Virus record (IMG/VR): IMGVR_UViG_3300049847_000198
Coordinates: 32,001 to 96,000 of that record
Length of the DNA: 64,000 nucleotides
Strand: one strand, 5' to 3'
Origin: a virus
The number at the start of each line of letters is the position of its first letter. The first letter of the stretch is position 1. The translations under genes were made by a program, and so were the position numbers. Of this stretch, positions 57,839 through 64,000 are shown one piece after another. The notes beneath the pieces are model-generated. The model ran no database searches. It had not been told where the DNA came from and worked only from the letters and a program-made list of their open reading frames with translations.

Positions 57839-58473
57839 AGAACCCCTAGTCCATGCGGAACGAGGTGATGCGGTATCTCAAGTCCATGCCAATACGGATG
57901 ATCTTCTTGCCACTTCGTGAAACCCACACCAACGTCGCCGCCTTCAAGCTGGATGTCGTGAATGAGAATGCAAGAGTTCGGGAGATTCGACAACCACCAG
58001 ACAGCGTTCGATATATCCTTGTAGACCGCCTCTGCGTCATGTTGTCCATCAATAAAGATGCAGTCGAACTGCATGACCGAGTTAGCGCCGATGCGACCTT
58101 GGAGAATGTTCTGGCTGTTCGTTCTGTGGTAATGAAACTGGCCGTCAAACCCGCTGTGTCTTGTCCCGCAAATGTTCGAGTAAAGGAAAGCACCGCTGTC
58201 TCGATCTGGATTGTATTCCGCACAGTCCAAGTCGATGATCGAAATCTTTTCCGGTTTCCAGCCGCAGCACTGCATGGCGTATGACTCAGTCGTGCCGAAT
58301 AGCCCGCCAATCGCCAAGTATCGCTTCGGATTCAGCCTGCCGATGATCTCTCCAAGAGAACATACATACGTCTTTTCCATGACAGGATCGACATACGGAG
58401 ACCCGATCGGCGTAGACGCCTTGAGTGAAGAACGCTTGTCTTCGACGTGATTCAAGAAATCAAAGTCGATCAT
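57817..58473 (-). CDS. Class I SAM methyltransferase (Methyltransf_24-like)
   Basis: YLAIGGLFG, FDCIFIDGQH..EAVYKD, ILIHD. Confidence 0.85.
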   Translation of the reverse strand: MIDFDFLNHVEDKRSSLKASTPIGSPYVDPVMEKTYVCSLGEIIGRLNPKRYLAIGGLFGTTESYAMQCCGWKPEKISIIDLDCAEYNPDRDSGAFLYSNICGTRHSGFDGQFHYHRTNSQNILQGRIGANSVMQFDCIFIDGQHDAEAVYKDISNAVWWLSNLPNSCILIHDIQLEGGDVGVGFTKWQEDHPYWHGLEIPHHLVPHGLGVLWNGGVP

Positions 58474-58483
58474 TGCGATACCT

Positions 58484-59395
58484 TCAAACCGTTAAGACAT
58501 CAGGAAGAGAGAACGAGACCATGCAATGACTGTTGAGAGTAACGTATGACTTCTTGAGCTTTCCGTGGCCGCAATAAAGAGCAGACATAACCGCCTTAGC
58601 AGTTTTTTTAGGGATGTATTTCCATCCCAGCACTGCCGCGATTTTCTCGATTTTCGATTCATCGTAAAGATTGACGCTTCCGCCATTCGATACGAGAAAC
58701 CTAAAAACTCCATGCCAAGCAATCACGTCCCGCCTGTTTACCGGCGACACTCTGTTTTCTTGCGGAGAAGGAATTATCGCTAACGCCTTAGATGCCTCCC
58801 ATCCAGCCTTCAGACGATTGAATATCGTAGTCTTGTCAATGCCCGTCTCTTTTGCCCAATCCTCAAGGCACTGCGTCCTGCCTCCGAATGTAATCCACCT
58901 GTTTGTGGATTTATTGAGAGATTGCTCTCGACTGGTAGCCCATCGACAGTTGACGGGTTCGTAGTTTCCGTCGTTCTCAATCCTTTCGATGCTGTGCTTT
59001 CTTGATGGAGGATGACCCATGTCTTCTAGGAACGCCTCAAACGAATTGAGCCAGCGCTGACACACGCCTATGCCTCTACCTCCGTAGTCTGGAAACCCTC
59101 GACGATTACTGTTTGTGCATCTCTGGATCATTCCATTCCAGATTCCATACGTTCTTGAATTAGACAGACCGTGAGTCGTCGCTATTTCGCGAATCCTCTG
59201 GCTTCTGTAGCAACCACATGAACTTGATTTACCGTTTAACACATTTCTGAGCAGTACGTCTTTTCTTTTTCCGCATTCACAAACGCAAGACACCTTTGAA
59301 ATAGAGCGATTTTTGTACCCGTCGCAGATAGATTCTACAACAAAACGACCGAATTTTTTGCCGATATACATTTCGGGACCAGAAGAATCGTTCAT
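58484..59395 (-). mobile_element. Free-standing HNH homing endonuclease
   Basis: CVCECG...SCGC, WNGMIQRC...YGGRGIGVCQRW...SIERIENDGNYEPVNCRWAT; AT-richer than neighbours. Confidence 0.9.
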
Positions 59396-59970
59396 GTTTT
59401 CCTCAACACAATCGTCAGACTGTAGTTTCCTGGTGAATGCTGCCCTTTGGCTGGAGGATACCAGCCTTCGATGTCCAGTTCAAAAAACACCTCTTCCGCA
59501 TCCGGGATCGCTCTTGCAATCGTCGCGCGCAACCCCTTCGTGCAAGGCGGTTCGTCATCGTTCTCTACATAGAAAAATGCGTGCTCTATATTCCAAACTG
59601 AAGGAAGCTCCTTCTTGCGTTCGTAGTGATCGCGTGATGGCACGGAAACACACATGAGGCCATTCGGCTTTAGAACTCGCCACCAATTACGGACCGCCGT
59701 AATTGGGTCTTTTAGATGCTCCAATACGTGACTGGCGTATAGATGACTGATTGATCCATCTGGAACACCTTCAAGATAAGTCGCATCACCGTCACCGAAT
59801 ATCACATCCCACGGACGCCAATTTGGAGTCTCGTGGATTCGGTCATGCTGGCATCCGACATCAAGGCCAGATTCGGCGTTCTCTGGCATGTACTTATCGA
59901 ACCAGCCTGTCGCCAAGCGGCGAGCACGAACCTTGGACGTCTCGCCGCGAATCACGATTTCTTCAGACAT
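59392..59970 (-). CDS. Class I SAM methyltransferase (type 11-like)
   Basis: GLDVGC, YASHVLEHL, WWRVLKPNG. Confidence 0.9.
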   Translation of the reverse strand: MSEEIVIRGETSKVRARRLATGWFDKYMPENAESGLDVGCQHDRIHETPNWRPWDVIFGDGDATYLEGVPDGSISHLYASHVLEHLKDPITAVRNWWRVLKPNGLMCVSVPSRDHYERKKELPSVWNIEHAFFYVENDDEPPCTKGLRATIARAIPDAEEVFFELDIEGWYPPAKGQHSPGNYSLTIVLRKT

Positions 59971-60866
59971 CACAGTGCTCCGTTGTAGAACTTCATCTCT
60001 TGGTAAGAAAGAACTGGCCGACCAGTGATCTTCGCAATCACTTCCGCCTGATGCTGGCACGACTCGGCAAACATCATCGCGTTCGGGCGGTCCATGTAGA
60101 CCCTCGCCTTGCGTGTCGCACTGCCGCCGTTCAGGTCACGCTGCTCTGGCGTGTTGCACGGACACATATTCAACGATTTGTAGCGTATGCCGTGCTTGGC
60201 CAGCCACGCTTCCGTCTGTGGTCGGTACTTCTCAAGCCTGCCTGTCACGATCTCGCCGATCTCAAAAGAAGGTTTCATCAGCGGCTTCGTGGTCTCCAAG
60301 TGCCGCATGTATTCATCAGCCTTGTCGCCTGTCTCGTAAGTGAATGGCCAGTCTTCACACAGTACACCGTCCATGTCTACGAGCGTGTTCTCCAAGAACC
60401 AGTGGTGATGCCAGTTCCACTCAAAAACATGGTCGATGTCGCCGACGTTCAGGAAGTAATGATCGACAATATGTTTCGATTGCTCCATTGCGTAGACGAC
60501 GGCGTACTGAATTGGGACGACATCGCCAGTCATTTCACGAGACTCTCTTCCAAGTCTCTGTCTCTCTGTCTGAATTTGACCACCGCCGCATACCGTATCG
60601 TCAACGACAAGAATCCTTCCGCCGTCTTTTGCGAACTTTGCGTGACACGCACGCCTCTTGCTAGACAACCAAGGCTTCGATCCAGACAACAACTCATCCG
60701 TGCTGAGCAAGTGAATGTTGCGTTCCGCCATCAACATCGACGCCACGATCATGCCTGAGCGTCCGCTGCCAGCAACAGCGATGATGTCTTCAGGAAGACG
60801 CCGAGACCATTCTCGGATGTCCTGTGCGAGTTGAGCGTATGTGCGAAACATCAAAGGCTTACTCAT
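59970..60866 (-). CDS. Phosphoribosyltransferase-like domain fused to a HAD phosphatase
   Basis: RSGMIVAS, ILVVDDTVCGG, then LVDMDGVLC and IVTGRLEKYR..TEAWL. Confidence 0.85.
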   Translation of the reverse strand: MSKPLMFRTYAQLAQDIREWSRRLPEDIIAVAGSGRSGMIVASMLMAERNIHLLSTDELLSGSKPWLSSKRRACHAKFAKDGGRILVVDDTVCGGGQIQTERQRLGRESREMTGDVVPIQYAVVYAMEQSKHIVDHYFLNVGDIDHVFEWNWHHHWFLENTLVDMDGVLCEDWPFTYETGDKADEYMRHLETTKPLMKPSFEIGEIVTGRLEKYRPQTEAWLAKHGIRYKSLNMCPCNTPEQRDLNGGSATRKARVYMDRPNAMMFAESCQHQAEVIAKITGRPVLSYQEMKFYNGAL

Positions 60867-61083
60867 TCACTCTGCCATTCAAAGTGAGGCGCTCGATTGC
60901 GTCGTCTTCTGCTCGTTTGCGATCGCCGTGCCAAGATCGACACCTCGGACGCACATGATTTGTGACTTTTGCAAGCTGCGACATCCAGTCAGAACCTGAA
61001 CCGTAGACGATCGACTCTCTGTCTGTCTCGTCACGAAACACAGTTACATAATAGCCGCGAAAAACTTCTTTCACTTCAGACAT
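60859..61083 (-). CDS. Small hypothetical protein
   Basis: 74-aa ORF. Confidence 0.5.
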   Translation of the reverse strand: MSEVKEVFRGYYVTVFRDETDRESIVYGSGSDWMSQLAKVTNHVRPRCRSWHGDRKRAEDDAIERLTLNGRVNE

Positions 61084-61865
61084 TTATCTACCTCTTCAAA
61101 AACCGATTCCGCACTAATCTTCGCGATCTGACCGCAACCATTGCGGTCGCACTTCTTATCGCGAAAAACATTACCATAAACGCAACCAGTACACGGATCG
61201 TCCTCTGGCGGAGTAATACACGTCACGCAGTCGGCGGCATGGGAGTAAGCGTTCGGTCGAGTCGGACCAAGAACGACAATCGTTTTCTTGCCAAGCGTTG
61301 CCGCAACATGCGCGTACCCAGAATCAATCGCCACGACAACATCCGCCATGTCGATAATCGCCGCCACATTTCCCCACAACGCCCCACAATTCGCCTTCCT
61401 TAAGAACGAGGCCGAACCGAGCAGCTTCAACAGCTTCAAGAATCCATCGTCCCACCGTCTCGATTTGTCCTCGACTTCCATGCACAGCAGAATCCTTTTG
61501 CCGAGATAGCCGCTCGATCCAGACCACCAGTCCTTCGCGTACTGACGCTCACCTTCCGTGATGTGAAGCTGTGGACGCCTTGGCTCTGCGTTGATCCTGA
61601 AGTGACGGCGGATCAAGTCGATTCGCGGAACCGAACCTCGGCATTCAACCTCGTGTCCGAAAATCGGAGACGGACTTCTGCCGACGACTCGTTCAATGTT
61701 CTCTTCGCCGAGCAGGCTCAAGACATCTTTCTTGTTGTCAGAACGGAGTCGCATTTCGCCTTCTGTGCCCTTCGTGTTGGCGATAGCGTGAGCTAGAAGA
61801 ATGACATCGCCAACTCCACAAAAGTTCGGGCCGTGATCGACGTTGATGTAGTTTAGGTATCTCAC
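61071..61865 (-). CDS. GT9 heptosyltransferase-like glycosyltransferase with C-terminal four-Cys motif
   Basis: GVGDVIL, ADVVVAIDSGYAHVAATLGKKTIVVLGPT, CTGC...C...C; GTG at 61865 overlaps the upstream stop. Confidence 0.85.
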   Translation of the reverse strand: MRYLNYINVDHGPNFCGVGDVILLAHAIANTKGTEGEMRLRSDNKKDVLSLLGEENIERVVGRSPSPIFGHEVECRGSVPRIDLIRRHFRINAEPRRPQLHITEGERQYAKDWWSGSSGYLGKRILLCMEVEDKSRRWDDGFLKLLKLLGSASFLRKANCGALWGNVAAIIDMADVVVAIDSGYAHVAATLGKKTIVVLGPTRPNAYSHAADCVTCITPPEDDPCTGCVYGNVFRDKKCDRNGCGQIAKISAESVFEEVDKCLK

Positions 61866-62257
61866 TTCTGAATCATCTCCATCACCATCGGTCCCACCAC
61901 GTTCCAATCAACAAACGGTCTTCCGCCGCTTCTTGGGTTTGTCTTCAGCGGGCAACCAAACGCAGCATCGTCGATATAGAGATGCGCGTAACACTTCGGG
62001 GACGAAGTCCAAGAAGACTGTTCTGGATTCGAGTTGTGCGACCAGAACTCAATGCCACGCTCTTTGCACCACTCGATCGCTTCTGTCAGCGGATTGAATC
62101 CATCTTCCCTGCCGTCGCTTCGCATTGTCCAAAGAACCAGCTTCGCTCCGGCTTCTTGGAACTCCTTGAGATACTTAAACGCTTCGGGAACCTCGTTTCC
62201 GATCTCAGGAAATCGGTGGTCGCAAAGCGTGCCGTCAAAGTCGATCGCAATAATCAT
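61862..62257 (-). CDS. HAD-superfamily phosphatase
   Basis: IIAIDFDGTL, LWTMR, K.YAHLYIDD. Confidence 0.85.
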   Translation of the reverse strand: MIIAIDFDGTLCDHRFPEIGNEVPEAFKYLKEFQEAGAKLVLWTMRSDGREDGFNPLTEAIEWCKERGIEFWSHNSNPEQSSWTSSPKCYAHLYIDDAAFGCPLKTNPRSGGRPFVDWNVVGPMVMEMIQK

Positions 62258-63159
62258 CGCGGAGTCTTTCCGTGATTGAACGCCAATCTCTTCTGCGCCG
62301 CCTCAAAGATGTCCTCGGCGTCCGGTTCAGGTCCGTGATACTCAACGAAACTCCAGTCGTCTTTGTTCGCCTCCCAAGCGTCGTGGTGAATGTCGCTCAC
62401 CAGATACCAAGCGTTCGGATTCGGGATACAGCAGTGGACTGGTTGAATCTGACGGAACACGCCGAGACACGGAACGTCGGTAAACGAAGCCAGATGAAAC
62501 GGTCCTGAATCAACGCCGATCATCAAGTCGCTCATGTAATACAACGCACACAGCCAATCGAGACCGATGCGTCGCCAGTTCTTGTGCGTCTTCACTCGCT
62601 CATGCGGAAAAGACGGTTCCGACTTCACTGCGTTCAACTGCACGATGCTTCCGCCAGTTCGATCCAGCCACATCTCCATGAACTGCTTTGTTGTTGAATG
62701 GTCGAGGTTTTTCTTGGTTGAAAACGAATCTCCGCAGGTATGCAGCGCCATGATTGGTCGTGGCAAATCCTTGACGAATTCATCGACAGCGCAAGACGCC
62801 TCTTGTGAGATGCACCCATCAGAAACAATGCGAACATGACAAAGTTCTTTCCATGTCATTTCTGGATCGCCCAACGGAGGCATCAGTTCGTCATCAAGAC
62901 CTTGCATCGGCTTGTTTGTGACCCACACGGGCAGGTCCATATTGCCCCACGACTCGCGATAACGCCACTTGTGAAACGCCTCGGACGGATTCATCGGAAC
63001 ATGCCGCACTTCGGCGCAATCGAAAATGAAATCTCGATTTTGGTTCACGCTGACATGAATGTCGTATCCGCGTGCTTTGTAAAGCTGCAACAGGAACGCC
63101 ATGTGGACCGCGTCGCCCATGCCCGCCTCGAAACGGAAACGAATTTGCTTGTCAGGCAT
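62254..63159 (-). CDS. GT9 heptosyltransferase-like glycosyltransferase
   Basis: GMGDAV, SDLMIGVDSGPFHLASFTDVPCLGVF. Confidence 0.85.
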   Translation of the reverse strand: MPDKQIRFRFEAGMGDAVHMAFLLQLYKARGYDIHVSVNQNRDFIFDCAEVRHVPMNPSEAFHKWRYRESWGNMDLPVWVTNKPMQGLDDELMPPLGDPEMTWKELCHVRIVSDGCISQEASCAVDEFVKDLPRPIMALHTCGDSFSTKKNLDHSTTKQFMEMWLDRTGGSIVQLNAVKSEPSFPHERVKTHKNWRRIGLDWLCALYYMSDLMIGVDSGPFHLASFTDVPCLGVFRQIQPVHCCIPNPNAWYLVSDIHHDAWEANKDDWSFVEYHGPEPDAEDIFEAAQKRLAFNHGKTPR

Positions 63160-63586
63160 TCTTGATTCTTTCAATCATTTGAGTCGTGCTCTCGTCTGGG
63201 CCTTCGAGAAAAACAAGAGGAATCTCAAGTTCTCGGCACAACGCAATCTCAGGCATATTTGATTCGTTCCACGTATCAGGCTTGCCCTTAGGGAAGCCCT
63301 TAAAGACAAGGTTCGGCATCAACCTCCGAATCCAGTCCGATGGTTCGCTATCTGGCATCGGCACAACCAAATCAACGCAACGCAGCGACTCAATCATCTG
63401 CTTGCGAGTCGCAAACGGGACTATCGGACGAATCGATCCCTTTAATCGAGAAACCGATTCGTCCGTGTTTAGTCCAACAATCAACACGTCGCATTGCTGC
63501 TTGCATCGCTCAAGAAATGAAACGTGATGCGCTCCAAGCAAGTCGAAACAGCCGTTCGTGAATGCGACAAGGCGAGACATGTACAC
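63152..63586 (-). CDS. Heptose-1-phosphate adenylyltransferase-like (HldE/RfaE nucleotidyltransferase domain)
   Basis: FTNGCFDLLGAHHV, LIVGLNTDESVSRLKGSIRPI, LRCVDLV, STTQMIERI. Confidence 0.92.
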   Translation of the reverse strand: MYMSRLVAFTNGCFDLLGAHHVSFLERCKQQCDVLIVGLNTDESVSRLKGSIRPIVPFATRKQMIESLRCVDLVVPMPDSEPSDWIRRLMPNLVFKGFPKGKPDTWNESNMPEIALCRELEIPLVFLEGPDESTTQMIERIKNA

Positions 63587-63631
63587 TGGTCTCTCAGGTT
63601 CAAGCCAGACTCAAGGCGACGATCGCTCTCA

Positions 63632-63988
63632 TCACGGAATCAACGAACCAGCCCGACCACGCACATTCGACCTCAACATCAGCAGTGACGTGTAATCCAA
63701 GAAGCACTTGTCGTAGTGACTCTGCGCAGAATCGAACTTAGAAATCGCCAAACTGGAGTTTGCACAACAAGCAGCAAACTTGAGAACTGCCGTCGTATTG
63801 CCCGTTGAAGTTCCGACCAACATCCAACGCCAGCCATCGTTGAAGTTGTCGCGAGCAGCGTTGCGATTAACAACGGCTGCTGCGAAATAGGCATCTCCAT
63901 TGGCTCGCTCCGTCAGGAAATCGACGCACAATGTCGCAACATCATTGATTTCCCATGAAGTCACGAGTGGGTCAGTCACAATGTCCAC
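63632..63988 (-). CDS. Hypothetical protein, possibly truncated by the window edge
   Basis: 118-aa ORF at the window end. Confidence 0.45.
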   Translation of the reverse strand: MDIVTDPLVTSWEINDVATLCVDFLTERANGDAYFAAAVVNRNAARDNFNDGWRWMLVGTSTGNTTAVLKFAACCANSSLAISKFDSAQSHYDKCFLDYTSLLMLRSNVRGRAGSLIP

Positions 63989-64000
63989 TGCGACGCCTGA

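Noticed and set aside
55876-63586. Host chromosomal LPS locus (prophage boundary)
   Set aside because: Genes are short, divergent and interleaved with phage-type hypotheticals and a homing endonuclease, so they look phage-borne.
1-64000. Genome-wide stop-codon reassignment suggested by the UCA-like tRNA
   Set aside because: Long genes are intact under code 11, and TGA, TAG and TAA all end genes at sensible, often overlapping, junctions.
1-64000. CRISPR array or diversity-generating retroelement
   Set aside because: No regularly spaced repeat-spacer array, no reverse transcriptase motif and no adenine-specific TR/VR pair was seen. The repeats in the fibre genes are ordinary coding repeats.

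Overview
This 64-kb window is part of a large tailed dsDNA phage (siphovirus-like). The host is inferred, not proven, to be a Planctomycetota-like bacterium, from a CsrA homologue of that type and GAAAGG-type ribosome-binding sites. No rRNA, CRISPR array, integrase, portal or major capsid gene was recognised. Layout: (1) 1-12.1 kb is a + strand array of about 35 small hypothetical early-type genes plus an SMC/Rad50-like ATPase. (2) 12.1-20.4 kb holds neck/tail genes on alternating strands, then the tape measure protein. (3) 20.5-26.7 kb holds an intact family-A/TV-Pol-like polymerase flanked by structured leaders, HU, an aberrant tRNA, a MazG-like pyrophosphatase, a beta-clamp and CsrA. (4) 27-45.5 kb holds an isolated tail tube gene, HNH nucleases, an intein-containing SF2 helicase, a ParB-like protein, a stand-alone dead Hint domain, TerS, ERF, a 5'-3' exonuclease and TerL. 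(5) 45.5-53.8 kb holds Ser/Thr-rich repeat fibre proteins and a head-tail connector. (6) 55.9-63.6 kb is an ADP-heptose/GT9/methyltransferase glycosylation cluster. The best candidate novel systems are: a phage CsrA coupled to two classes of ribosome-binding site (GGA-free GAAAGGC on early/replication genes, GGA-containing on virion genes); the polymerase cassette with a switchable RNA leader, an internal G-quadruplex motif and a downstream three-way junction; and a phage-encoded heptosylation pathway next to Ser/Thr-rich fibres. All functional calls come from motif recognition by eye, with no database search.
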